The notes: generated from the letters alone by a model not told the origin. Shown: positions 22,262-33,064, numbered from the stretch's first letter. The stretch is 64,000 nucleotides of DNA from Dehalococcoidia bacterium (GCA_040882355.1 JBBEBM010000029.1:1-64000), one strand, 5' to 3'. Numbers and translations are program-made.

Positions 22262-22492
22262 ATGATGTGGGACTCATACGACGGCATGGGCTGGTGGATG
22301 GTCTTCGGCATGATCTGGATGGTCATCTTCTGGGGCGCGATCGTCGCGCTCATCGTCTGGGGTGTGAGCCGCGTCACGGGAGGTGGTGGTCGCAGCGATG
22401 AAGGAACGCCGCTCGACATCGCGCGGCGACGCTACGCGAACGGCGAGATCACGCGCGAGCAATTCGAGCAGCTCCGAAGCGATCTGAGCTAG
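22262..22492 (+). CDS. SHOCT-domain membrane protein
   Basis: Met/Trp/Gly-rich TM followed by LDIARRRYANGEITREQFE. Confidence 0.85.
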   Translation: MMWDSYDGMGWWMVFGMIWMVIFWGAIVALIVWGVSRVTGGGGRSDEGTPLDIARRRYANGEITREQFEQLRSDLS

Positions 22493-22523
22493 ACCGCGGG
22501 CGCCTGAACGAAGGAGGCCTGCC

Positions 22524-22688
22524 ATGTCTTACCAACGACCCACGAAGCTCACCCAGTGGACGAACCGCCTGCTCGGCGGCTTGGCCGTCCTCGGTCTCAC
22601 GCCCTCCGACACCGTCATGCTGGAGGTGCGCGGCCGGCGTTCCGGCATATTCGGCGCCTTCATCACGAAGGCCGCCCCGCTTCAGTAG
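22524..22688 (+). pseudogene. Truncated deazaflavin (F420)-dependent nitroreductase-family fragment
   Basis: Good SD (AAGGAGG); 54-aa ORF containing LEVRGRRSG, then unrelated sequence and a stop. Not in the ORF track. Confidence 0.55.
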
Positions 22689-22700
22689 GAGGTGTCCAAA

Positions 22701-23093
22701 ATGACAGCGCAAGCAGCGATGCGCACAACCGATAAGGCGCCGGACGCGCTACGGGCCGAGGCTGAAGTCCCTGTCGCGCTGGGACCCAATGGGCCGGGCT
22801 TGGCCGCGATCCTGGCCAGCGCGATCGGCGTCTTCTCGCTCGGGCTCCTGACGACACTCGCCGCGGCTGGCGAGGGCGTCAAGGAATGGCTGGCGTTTCA
22901 GGAACGAGTCGGGCCGCTCTCCGGCAAGACCACCATGGCGGGCATCGCATGGCTCGTCAGTTGGGCGCTGCTGAGTGTTCTGTGGTGGAAGCGGGACGTA
23001 CCGTTCACCGCGGTCATAGCCGTGTCCGCCATCCTGCTGATCGCCGGCAACCTGCTCATGTTCCCGCCCATCTTCGAGCGCTTCGAACCCTGA
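22701..23093 (+). CDS. Membrane protein of unknown function
   Basis: SD GGAGGT, three hydrophobic segments, VGPLSGKTT and FPPIF. Confidence 0.7.
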   Translation: MTAQAAMRTTDKAPDALRAEAEVPVALGPNGPGLAAILASAIGVFSLGLLTTLAAAGEGVKEWLAFQERVGPLSGKTTMAGIAWLVSWALLSVLWWKRDVPFTAVIAVSAILLIAGNLLMFPPIFERFEP

Positions 23094-23108
23094 GCATCGA
23101 GGACGAGG

Positions 23109-23456
23109 ATGGTACCGGTCGCCCGTCGCAACCTCTTCTCGGAAAAGGGCCGCTTCGCGATTTCGGTCGCGGGCGTAGCCTTCTCGGTCCTGCTGATCCT
23201 CATCGTCCTGGCGCTCTACCGCGGCTTCAGCCACACGGGAGAGACGTTCCAGGGCCTGCCGGGCGATCTCTGGATCGTCCAGCCGGGCACGACCGACCCG
23301 TTCCACTCGTCGTCTCTCTTGGAGGTCGGCGAGCTGGACGAGATCGGGCGCATGACCGGCGTCGCTGCTGTCGTCCCGGTGCTCTCCCGCCAGATGGCGC
23401 TCGACGTGGACGGCAGCGAGCAGACGGCTCGTCTCCTTGCCCTCGGACACCGCTAG
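23109..23456 (+). pseudogene. N-terminal fragment of a MacB/FtsX-like ABC permease
   Basis: VARRNL...RFAISVAGVAFSVLL start and DLWIV, but stops at 115 aa where the convergent sortase gene ends. Confidence 0.6.
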
Positions 23457-24160
23457 CGGCGCTCGGCTCTGACGACGAGCTGAGTGGTGCAGTGCGGGCG
23501 GGGTTGTCCCCCCGCACGAACACATGTGAGCAACGTGGTCTGCTCGTGTGCAGTGGGCCCGACGATCTCATTCACATTCGCCTCGACAGGAGAGACGAGT
23601 TGCGCCGTTGTCACGCCGTACTCGAGTACTGACCCATCGCTCAGGTGCACGGCGATGATATCTCCGCGCACCAATTCGTTCAGCCTCGAGAACACTGCTG
23701 GCGCAGCACCCGAACCGGTGTCCCACAAAGCGTGGCCTGAGAATACGGCGTTGCTGCCGGTGCCTGGCCGCGCAGTGAAGTCGTACCATGCGACATTGTG
23801 GGGTTCAGTCGGGCTTACCATCACTCCTTGATTGTCGAGCCCGAGCACAATGACGCTGGCATCGACGCCGATCTTTGGGATGACGAGGCGCTCGATACGC
23901 GGGACCGGCGTAGATGTCGGCGGCGGGAGGGGCGTCGCGGTCGCGACCGGCGTCGGCGTTGACGTGGGAGTGGCCGTCGAGGTTGGCGACGCGGTCGCCG
24001 TCGGCGTGCGCGAGGCCGTGGGCGATGGCGTAGGCGTCCGGTCCGCTGAACCGCCAATCCCGCCGCGTATCGCGACCATGGCGGTCACCACCAGCAACGC
24101 CACGACAACCGCGGCACCTGCCGCGATAGCTCCGCGCGCCCAGCGTCGTTCCACCAGCAA
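23453..24160 (-). CDS. Class F sortase
   Basis: N-terminal TM, PT-rich linker, RLVIPKIGVDA, VAWY, PG.GSNAVFSGH and TLLTC. Confidence 0.85.
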   Translation of the reverse strand: MLVERRWARGAIAAGAAVVVALLVVTAMVAIRGGIGGSADRTPTPSPTASRTPTATASPTSTATPTSTPTPVATATPLPPPTSTPVPRIERLVIPKIGVDASVIVLGLDNQGVMVSPTEPHNVAWYDFTARPGTGSNAVFSGHALWDTGSGAAPAVFSRLNELVRGDIIAVHLSDGSVLEYGVTTAQLVSPVEANVNEIVGPTAHEQTTLLTCVRAGGQPRPHCTTQLVVRAERR

Positions 24161-24264
24161 TCTGCCTCACCAGTCAGCCGGCAGCCACCCGAGTGGCGCC
24201 ACCGACGGCACCACTATACACCTTTCGGTTCCCTCTCCTGATGCCCGCCCGCTATCCTGCGTTC

Positions 24265-25662
24265 GTGAACCCCCGAACCACCGCCGCCGTCGCCGTTGGG
24301 CGTGTCGCGGGCGCCGCGAGCCGGGCGCTCGGCCGAGGCGGCGGCACCGCCGTCGCCGGGCTCGTCGCCCAGCGCATCGACCCGGCGCTCGTCGAGCGGC
24401 TGGCCGCGCAGCTCGGGCAGGGCGCCGTCGTCGTCAGCGGGACGAACGGCAAGACCACCACGTCGCGCATGCTCGCCGCCATCGCCGGTGAGGCCGGCCT
24501 GCGCCCGCTCGCCAACCCCAGCGGCTCGAACCTGATGCGTGGCGTCGCCACGGCGCTGCTCGACGAGACGGCGCTGCTGGGCCGCGTCCACGACGCGTCG
24601 CAGCGCCTGGGCGTCTTCGAGGTCGACGAGGCGACGGTGCCGGAAGCCGCGCGCGCCCTCCGGCCGCGCGCGATCGTGCTCACGAACCTCTTCCGCGACC
24701 AGCTCGACCGCTACGGCGAGGTCGACACGGTCGCGGCGCTCTGGCGTCGCGCGCTCGAGACGCTGCCCGATGGCGCCGCGCTCGTCCTCAGCGCCGACGA
24801 CCCCGCCGTGGCGTCGCTTCGGACCGATGCGAAGGGACCGGTGCTCACCTACGGCATCGAGGACATCCGTGTCGCCGAGGAGCGGCTGGAGCACGCCTCC
24901 GACTACCGCTTCTGCCTCTCGTGCGGCGAGGAGCTGTCGTACGCCGCTGCGTTCTACGGCCACCTCGGCCACTGGCGCTGCCCCGCCTGCGGCAACGCGC
25001 GTCCTCGGCCCGACGTTCGCGCCACCTGCGTCGAGCCGTCCTCGTCTGCCATGCGTCTCGTCGTCGCCACGCCGCAGGGCGAGCTGCGTGTCGAGCTTCC
25101 GCTCGCCGGGCTCTACAACGTCGAGAACGCGCTCGCGGCGACGGCGGGCGCGCTCGCGCTCGGCCTGCCGCTCGACGCCGTCGAACGCGCGCTCGGCTCG
25201 TTCCGCGCCGCGTTCGGTCGACAGGAGCGCTTCGAAGTCGACGGCCGCCACGTAGAGGTGCTGCTCGCCAAGAACCCGACGGGCCTCAACCAGGTGCTGC
25301 GCACAATCGCGTCGAACGGACCCGCGGCCCTGCACCTGCTGCTCTTCTTGAACGATGACATCCAGGACGGGCGGGACATCTCCTGGATCTGGGACGCCGA
25401 CTACGAGCGTCTCGCCGGCCGCGTCGCCAGCGCCATCGTCTCCGGCGCGCGCGCGGAAGAGCTGGCGCTGCGCCTCAAGTACGCCGGCTTCGCCATCGAG
25501 CCGCCCATCGTCCACGACGCGCGCGCCGCTCTCGACGGAGCGCTCGCGCAGACGCCGCCCGGCGAGACGCTGTACGTCGTGCCCACCTACACCGCGATGC
25601 TCATCGTCCGCGAGCTGCTCGCCAAGCGCGGCCAGCGCCGCCCGTACTGGAAGGAGGCGTAG
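24265..25662 (+). CDS. murT: Lipid II isoglutaminyl synthase subunit MurT (Mur ligase with DUF1727)
   Basis: SGTNGKTTT, GSNL, EVDE, NLFRDQLDRYGE, Cys4 zinc site, DGRDISWIWD, PTYTAM. Start GTG 24265 or ATG 24241. Confidence 0.88.
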   Translation: MNPRTTAAVAVGRVAGAASRALGRGGGTAVAGLVAQRIDPALVERLAAQLGQGAVVVSGTNGKTTTSRMLAAIAGEAGLRPLANPSGSNLMRGVATALLDETALLGRVHDASQRLGVFEVDEATVPEAARALRPRAIVLTNLFRDQLDRYGEVDTVAALWRRALETLPDGAALVLSADDPAVASLRTDAKGPVLTYGIEDIRVAEERLEHASDYRFCLSCGEELSYAAAFYGHLGHWRCPACGNARPRPDVRATCVEPSSSAMRLVVATPQGELRVELPLAGLYNVENALAATAGALALGLPLDAVERALGSFRAAFGRQERFEVDGRHVEVLLAKNPTGLNQVLRTIASNGPAALHLLLFLNDDIQDGRDISWIWDADYERLAGRVASAIVSGARAEELALRLKYAGFAIEPPIVHDARAALDGALAQTPPGETLYVVPTYTAMLIVRELLAKRGQRRPYWKEA

Positions 25663-25697
25663 AGAGGCGATGCCTGCCTTGAACACGAGGCACCCTT

Positions 25698-25724
25698 GTC
25701 ATCCTGAGCGAAGCGAAGGATCTT
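25698..25724. repeat. REP-like repeat GTCATCCTGAGCGAAGCGAAGGATCT
   Basis: Related copies near 38096, 38500, 50411, 57388 and 60435. Confidence 0.65.
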
Positions 25725-25818
25725 TCGCGACCCGGCAGCGATGGGGTGCATCTCCGAGTCCGCCTGGAACACAACGGCAGGAGGTGGCGCGCCACCTTCC
25801 GTCGGATGGAATGCGCCG

Positions 25819-26550
25819 ATGAACGTCCGCATCGCCCACCTCTACCCGCGGCTCATGAACCTCTACGGCGACCGCGGCAACATCCTCTGCCTGACCCGTC
25901 GCTGCCGGGAGCGCGGCATCGAGGTCGATGTGACGGAGCTCAGCCTGGGCGATCGCTTCGACCCGCAGGCGCACGACCTCGTCTTCATCGGCGGGGCGCA
26001 GGACCGCGAGCAGCGTCAGGTCGCAGACGACCTACTCTCGCTGAAAGGCGGCGCCCTGCGCGAGGCGGTGGAGGTGGGCGTTGTCGCGCTCGCGGTGTGC
26101 GGCGGCTACCAGCTCTTCGGGCGCTTCTACCGCGAGGCGTCTGGCGCAGAACTCCCCGGCCTCGGCGTCTTCGACCTCTGGACCGAGCATCCCGGCCCGG
26201 ACGCGCCGCGCCTCATCGGTAACGTCGTCGCCGACCTAAGCGAAGATCCAGGCATCACGCTCGTCGGGTTCGAGAACCACGGCGGGCGAACCTACCTGGG
26301 CGAGGGCGCGCAGCCTCTCGCGAAGGTGCGCTCGGGCCATGGTAACAACGGCCGCGACGGCACCGAGGGCGCTTACTACCGCAACGCCTTCGGCACCTAC
26401 CTGCACGGCTCGCTCCTGCCGAAGAACCCGCGCTTCGCCGACCGGCTCATTGCGCTCGCGCTGTCGCGTCGCTACGGCGACGCGCCGCTCGCCCCGATCG
26501 ACGACCGCATCGAGGAGCTGGCGCACGCGGCGGCGCTGAGGCTGCGGTAG
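25819..26550 (+). CDS. gatD: Glutamine amidotransferase GatD (CobQ-like)
   Basis: HLYP.LMNLYGDRGN, AVCGGYQL, GFENHGG, TYLHGSLLPKNP; follows murT. Confidence 0.88.
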   Translation: MNVRIAHLYPRLMNLYGDRGNILCLTRRCRERGIEVDVTELSLGDRFDPQAHDLVFIGGAQDREQRQVADDLLSLKGGALREAVEVGVVALAVCGGYQLFGRFYREASGAELPGLGVFDLWTEHPGPDAPRLIGNVVADLSEDPGITLVGFENHGGRTYLGEGAQPLAKVRSGHGNNGRDGTEGAYYRNAFGTYLHGSLLPKNPRFADRLIALALSRRYGDAPLAPIDDRIEELAHAAALRLR

Positions 26551-26551
26551 G

Positions 26552-27085
26552 TCAGATCTCCCAGAGCGCCCGGTAGAGACGCACGGGTGCGGGGAGCCCC
26601 TTCATCATCACGGGGCCCAGCTCGTCGAAGGTGACGCCGTCGAGCTGCTCTTCGATCTCCGCTAACGTCGCTTCCGACAGCAGCACCTCGCCCGGTCCGG
26701 CGACGTCCACGACGCGGGAAGCGACGTTCACGTCGTGCCCGACCAGGTCATCGCCGCGCTTGGTCTGGTGGCCGGAGTGCATGCCGATGCGCACCCAAAG
26801 TGGCACGTCGGAAGCGGCCGCCTCCCAGAGAAAGCGCGCCTGTAGGCGTAGACACGCGCCAAGGGCCTCGCTCGCGGTGGGAAACCAGAGCAGCAAGCCA
26901 TCGCCAAGCTCCTTGACGATACGGGCGCCCTCCGGCAGGTGCTCGAGGACGATCCGCTCCTGAAGCGACAGGAGCGCGAGCGCCTCCTCATCGCCCCGCA
27001 GGGCGTTGTACTCCGTGAACCCGGCGATGTCGGTAAAGACCACGGTGCCTTTGACCGCGTTCGCTGTCGGCGCCGCCGCGGGCAT
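26552..27085 (-). CDS. Stand-alone class III adenylate/guanylate cyclase domain protein
   Basis: FTDIAGFT, KELGDG, RIGMHSG, GHDVNVASRV. Confidence 0.85.
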   Translation of the reverse strand: MPAAAPTANAVKGTVVFTDIAGFTEYNALRGDEEALALLSLQERIVLEHLPEGARIVKELGDGLLLWFPTASEALGACLRLQARFLWEAAASDVPLWVRIGMHSGHQTKRGDDLVGHDVNVASRVVDVAGPGEVLLSEATLAEIEEQLDGVTFDELGPVMMKGLPAPVRLYRALWEI

Positions 27086-27807
27086 CAGTCCGGCACCACC
27101 TCGATGCGCCCGCTGAGCGTGTTCACGTTGATCCGGCAGTCGTCGCCTTCAGGGCAGTCGCAGCGAGGACGGCCGGAGAGGCTGCGCAGCCGGGCGGAGG
27201 GCCGGACGCCGTGCGCGACGGCCACGCGCACCGAGCCGGACATCGTCTGGACGGCGACGTCGCCGTGGCCCTGCGTGCCCAGCTCCACCGTGCCGCTGAC
27301 GCTGCGCATCTTCACGCCGGCCGTCGCTTCGTCCAGCGTGATCCGTCCGGAGATCGTCGAGACCTCCGTGTCGCCCGCGCTGCCGATGGTGGTGCGTCCG
27401 CTCTTCGTGCGCAGGTTGCAGACGCCGGCGCAACGCTCGACCTGGATGCTGCCGGAGATCGTGCGCACGTCCAGCGCGTCAGCCCGCTCCACTTCGATGT
27501 TGCCGCTGATCGTCGTGACCCGCGCGTTGCCGAGCTGGCCTCTTAGCGTCACGTGGCCGGAGACGGTCCCGACGACCAGATCGCTCCCGCTGGGGCAGCG
27601 CACCTGGAGCGTGGCCGAGCCGCCTCTGGCTGACGTGAGGGCGACGCGTCCCGTGGCGTCGGATTCGATCTGCTGATCGGACGGCGCGCCCGACTCGATG
27701 ACGACGTCCGGACGCTCCTCGCCGATCACCTCGACGTGGCCGGAAGTGGTCGAAAGGCGCACCTCGGCGTGGCCGGGTACGCGGATGGCTACTGGTGATA
27801 CGGGCAT
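27085..27807 (-). CDS. DUF4097 beta-strand repeat protein
   Basis: Repeated T.SG.I/V motifs. Confidence 0.8.
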   Translation of the reverse strand: MPVSPVAIRVPGHAEVRLSTTSGHVEVIGEERPDVVIESGAPSDQQIESDATGRVALTSARGGSATLQVRCPSGSDLVVGTVSGHVTLRGQLGNARVTTISGNIEVERADALDVRTISGSIQVERCAGVCNLRTKSGRTTIGSAGDTEVSTISGRITLDEATAGVKMRSVSGTVELGTQGHGDVAVQTMSGSVRVAVAHGVRPSARLRSLSGRPRCDCPEGDDCRINVNTLSGRIEVVPD

Positions 27808-27901
27808 GCCGTCGCCTTCCAGATTCGTCGTGGCCGAAGTATACCATTCCGGGCGAGAAGTGTTGTGTGAGCTAGTTCACACAACGAATGTGGGCGAAAG
27901 G

Positions 27902-28399
27902 TCAGTCCGGAACGCCGACGTCCAGATCGAGCGCCAGCAGGAGGAGGTCGGCTTCACGCCCCTGGTGGTCTCGCAGCGCCGCCGTCAACTGGGCCACCTG
28001 CCTGCGCACTTCCTGAAACGAAAGGGCGCTGTCGCCCGAGTACTCGTCCAGCGCGGCGAGCAGGCTGACGGCCTCGTGCGCCAGCCGCTCGTGGTCCCGC
28101 CGCGCTCGGCTCACCTCGTACGAGCGGCCAAGCCGCACCTCTACCTCACCGATGATGCCGTCATCGGCCTCCGCCGCTTCGCAGTGCTCCTGGAGCAGCC
28201 CGACGACCGAGGCCAGCTCGTGTCGGGCCCGCTGCTTCCAGGCCTGCTCCCGGCCGGGCGCCGGCGACGCCATCGCGCCCTCTAACGCGTGCACCGCGAG
28301 CACCATCGTCTCCTGCTCACGCGAGGTGCGGGCGGCGATTCCCTTCTGTCGATCGTCAGAGCTTGATGTGGCGTTCATTCCTGCCTCGCTCGACTCCAT
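27902..28399 (-). CDS. Hypothetical helical protein (hemerythrin-like H..E motifs)
   Basis: EHCEAAE, RRDHE and HQGREADL spacing; SD GGAGGT. Confidence 0.55.
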   Translation of the reverse strand: MESSEAGMNATSSSDDRQKGIAARTSREQETMVLAVHALEGAMASPAPGREQAWKQRARHELASVVGLLQEHCEAAEADDGIIGEVEVRLGRSYEVSRARRDHERLAHEAVSLLAALDEYSGDSALSFQEVRRQVAQLTAALRDHQGREADLLLLALDLDVGVPD

Positions 28400-28459
28400 T
28401 CTACCTCCCTCGCGCGCCTTCACTTGCGCCGGTCCGTGCCCGTCCCTACACTGACCGCC

Positions 28460-29407
28460 ATGAACGGCGCTCTTCGACCGACGCTCGTCCTTGCGCTGGC
28501 TGGACTCGTGGCCGCCCTGTCGCTGAGCTGCAACGGTGACGGCGGCAAGAAGACCGAGCTCATCGTCATCGACCAGAACATCCTCCACGGCCTGCTCGAC
28601 GAAGATTCCGCCGCGGAACCGTTCGACCGCTTCCCCGAGCGCATCGAGCTGATCGCCGGCGCGCTGGCGGAGCAGCAGCCCGCAATCGTCATGCTCCAGG
28701 AGGTGATCCCGGACGCCTACGCCGACCGCCCGGACTACGTGAACACTCGCCAGGTGCTGCTCGATGCGTTGGGCAGCGAGTACACGGCGCTCTTCGGCGA
28801 CGTGGCGGGCAGCGCGATCAACGAGGGCTTCGTCGGCCAGTTAACGCTCACAAACCTGGAGGTCCTGTCGAGCGAGAACCAGAACATCTCAGGCCCGCGC
28901 TCCATCCACCGGGTGACCGTGCAGACGGAGAGCGGCCCCGTCGACATCTACAACACCCACCTCGAGGGCACCGGCGCCGTCGTTGACGTCACGCTCGACG
29001 CGTCCGTCGTCGAGATGCAAGCGGTCATCGATTTCATCAACGAGACGCGCACGGGCCCCGGCCCCGTCATCCTGGCAGGCGACTTCAATGCCGAGCCGGA
29101 AGACCCTTCGATCCAGTCGCTGCTCGCCGCGGGCTTTATCGACGTGCTCGCGGAGGGCGGCGACGCGACGTGCGAGCAGGTAGGCGACCCCGGCTGCACG
29201 AGCGGCACCACGCCGCTCGCTGAGCCCGGCAATCGCGCCGACCACCGTATCGACTACATCTTCGTGCTCGGCGGCGCCGACGTGGGGATAGACGTCGGCG
29301 AGGCGGCGCTCTTCAACAACGAGCCCTTCACGCTCGACGACGGCAGCGTGCTCTGGGCGTCCGACCACATCGGCGTCCGGGCGTTACTCGAGCTGGTAGG
29401 CGAGTGA
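28460..29407 (+). CDS. Endonuclease/exonuclease/phosphatase-family lipoprotein
   Basis: Lipobox LSC, QNILHG, LQEV, NTHL, AGDFN, RIDYIF, SDH. Confidence 0.85.
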   Translation: MNGALRPTLVLALAGLVAALSLSCNGDGGKKTELIVIDQNILHGLLDEDSAAEPFDRFPERIELIAGALAEQQPAIVMLQEVIPDAYADRPDYVNTRQVLLDALGSEYTALFGDVAGSAINEGFVGQLTLTNLEVLSSENQNISGPRSIHRVTVQTESGPVDIYNTHLEGTGAVVDVTLDASVVEMQAVIDFINETRTGPGPVILAGDFNAEPEDPSIQSLLAAGFIDVLAEGGDATCEQVGDPGCTSGTTPLAEPGNRADHRIDYIFVLGGADVGIDVGEAALFNNEPFTLDDGSVLWASDHIGVRALLELVGE

Positions 29408-30093
29408 CCAGCGGCAACCACTGGCTGGTGGCTAGCGGCTTCGTCTTTGTTGCGCTCTTTGTCGCTGCTGTGATCGTCTCCGGAGAGCAGCTCGGCAGCG
29501 TGGGCGATCCCGACCAGCAGTTCGTTTCCTACTTCAATGACACGAGCAACCGCGCGCGCGATATCGCAGGCGCCTACATCCTGGCGGCGGCGGGGCTGGC
29601 CTTCGTCGTATTTCTAGCGCACATGTACTCCACGCTACGCGAGCGTTCCGGCCAGGGGGCGCTTCCGCTGATAGCGCTTGGCACCGGCCTCGTCTTCGTC
29701 GCCTTGCTGCTTGCCGCAACCGCGGCCCTCAGCGCGGTCTCCACCAGCATGGCATACGCCGATTTGTACGGCGAAGAGCGGCACGAGTTCGACCCCGACG
29801 TGTTGAGGCTGGTGACGCAGCTCGGCTTCATGCTCCTCGTCTTCGCCATGTGGGGAGCCGCTGCCTGCATAGCCGCCATCTCGCTCGCCGCGCGCACGGC
29901 GGGCATCTTCACTGCCTGGCTCGCCGGGTTAGGCTTCGTCGCGGCGTTCGCGCTTCTGTTCAGCTTCTTCTTCCTGCCAGCGGTGGCGCTGCCCATCTGG
30001 GTGCTCGCCGTCAGTGTCATGCTCCTCAGGGACCGGGCAGGGCGAGCGGCTTCAGGGCAACCTCCCCTTGACACCTTCAGCCTGACCCTCTAG
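29404..30093 (+). CDS. Multi-pass membrane protein
   Basis: Several hydrophobic segments; start overlaps the upstream stop. Confidence 0.7.
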   Translation: MTSGNHWLVASGFVFVALFVAAVIVSGEQLGSVGDPDQQFVSYFNDTSNRARDIAGAYILAAAGLAFVVFLAHMYSTLRERSGQGALPLIALGTGLVFVALLLAATAALSAVSTSMAYADLYGEERHEFDPDVLRLVTQLGFMLLVFAMWGAAACIAAISLAARTAGIFTAWLAGLGFVAAFALLFSFFFLPAVALPIWVLAVSVMLLRDRAGRAASGQPPLDTFSLTL

Positions 30094-30096
30094 CAT
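30068..30096 (+). promoter_or_regulatory. Sigma70-type promoter of cofGH
   Basis: TTGACA-17 bp-TAGCAT. Confidence 0.75.
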
Positions 30097-30102
30097 TCGA
30101 TC

Positions 30103-30209
30103 TGTACGACGCAGGTCTGGCCCGGCCTTCAGACCTGCCAGCGGTAGAAGCTGGCGCCGGGCCCACGATAACCTCGACTGGTCGAGGCGTGGGCTCGGCG
30201 TTTTCATTT
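30103..30209 (+). ncRNA. Candidate cis-regulatory RNA (riboswitch-like pseudoknot plus terminator), family not recognised
   Basis: 9-bp hairpin whose loop is complementary to the 5' arm of a 12-13-bp U-tailed terminator. Confidence 0.55.
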
Positions 30210-30274
30210 GGGAAGGACATCATGAGTCGCGCAGCCTACACAATCGGCGCCTCGCCCCTTTGCGCCTCTCCACG

Positions 30275-30365
30275 TGGGGGAGTGCAGAGGGGGCAGGGCC
30301 CCTCTGCCGGGGGTCTGGGGGTGTCCCCCAGAATCAACTACTCCCCTGGGCGGGCGGGTGGGGAG
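30275..30365. repeat. Diverged internal portion of the MITE family without terminal repeats
   Basis: GTGCAG..GGGCAG.GCCCC.CTGCCGGGGGTCTGGGGGTGTCCCCCAGA..TACTCCCCTGGGCGGGCGGGTGGG. Confidence 0.7.
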
Positions 30366-30389
30366 GATCACCCCTCGAAAAGGTAGCCA

Positions 30390-31585
30390 ATGTTCTACGT
30401 CCACCAGCGCCTCGACCCCGCCTTCGAAGAGCTGCTCCATCGCGCCGTCTCCGGAGAGCCGCTCACGCGTGAGCACGGCCTGCGCCTGATGAGCGCGAGC
30501 AGTTCCGAGCTGCCGGCGCTGATGCTCGCGGCCAGCCTTGTGCGGGACCAGGGCCACGGCAAGACCGTCACCTATTCGCGCAAGGTGTTCATCCCGCTCA
30601 CCAACCTCTGTCGGCAGAAGTGCGGCTACTGCACCTTCGCGCGCGGCCCCAAGGACCCCATCGCGCGCACGATGTCGCCGGACGAGGTGCTCGCCGTCGC
30701 CCACGCTGGCCGGCGCCAGGGCTGCAAAGAAGCGCTCTTCTCGCTGGGGGAGAAGCCGGAGGAGATCTACGACTTCGTCCTCGACGACCTGCGTCGCTTC
30801 GGCCACGAGACCACGATCTCTTACCTGCGCGAGATGTGCGCGCTCGTCCTCAGCGAGACCGGCCTCCTGCCCCACGCCAATCCGGGCATCATGTCGCGCG
30901 ACGAGGTCGCGTCGCTGCGCGAGTGCAACGTCTCGATGGGCCTGATGCTGGAGACGACGTCCGAGCGGCTCCACGCGAAGGGCGAAGCGCACTTCAACTG
31001 CCCGGGCAAGATCCCGGAGCTACGCCTGCAGACGATGCGTGACGCCGGCGCCATGGGCGTCGCGTTCACCACGGGCATCCTGATCGGCATCGGCGAGACG
31101 TGGGAGGAACGCGTCGACTCGCTCTTCGCGATCAAGGAAGTGCAGGAGGAGCAGGGCAACATCCAGGAGGTGATCGTCCAGAACTTCCGCGTGAAGGACG
31201 ACATCCCGATGCGCCATCGCGACGAGCCGAGCGTCTATGAGATGCTGCGCACCATCGCTACGGCGCGGCTGGTGCTGGGAGCCGCCATGAACATCCAGGC
31301 CCCGCCCAACCTGACGCCCGACGCCTACGGCATGTACCTGCTCGCGGGCATCAACGACTGGGGCGGCGTCTCGCCTGTGACGAAGGATCATATCAACCCG
31401 GAGGCACCCTGGCCGAAGCTCCTCGAGCTGAAGCAGGTCACCGAAGAGGCCGGCTTCGAGCTGCGCGAGCGGCTGGCGCTCTACCCCGAGTTCGCCAAGA
31501 ACGATCGCTTCGTGCGCGAGAGCTGCCAGCCGGCCATCGAGCGCTGGAACGACGAGTCGGGACTCGTGCGCTGGGAGGAACACCA

Positions 31586-31592
<7 letters not shown>
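30390..31592 (+). CDS. cofG: FO synthase subunit CofG (radical SAM)
   Basis: TYSRKVFIPLTNLCRQKCGYC, PHANPG, SMGLMLE, FTTGILIGIGE, QAPPNL, GINDWGGVSP. Confidence 0.93.
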
Positions 31593-32950
<1,358 letters not shown>

Positions 32951-33064
32951 GGGCGGGTCTCAGACCCACGCCCTGAAGCCGGCGTGTGGCTGCCTCGCAG
33001 TTCGGCCACACCTGCGTGTAGGGGCACCGGCCACCGCCCCGGGTATGGTAGAATTCGCACCGCG

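Noticed and set aside
23920..24045. Repetitive DNA in the sortase gene as a possible array
   Set aside because: It encodes an ordinary Pro/Thr linker.
30111..30170. Cobalamin riboswitch (AGACCTGCC) or HDV-like ribozyme reading of the cofG leader
   Set aside because: It lacks the GGGAA and GCCACTG core elements and the length of B12 elements, and lacks the HDV L3/P1.1 and P2/P4 arrangement.
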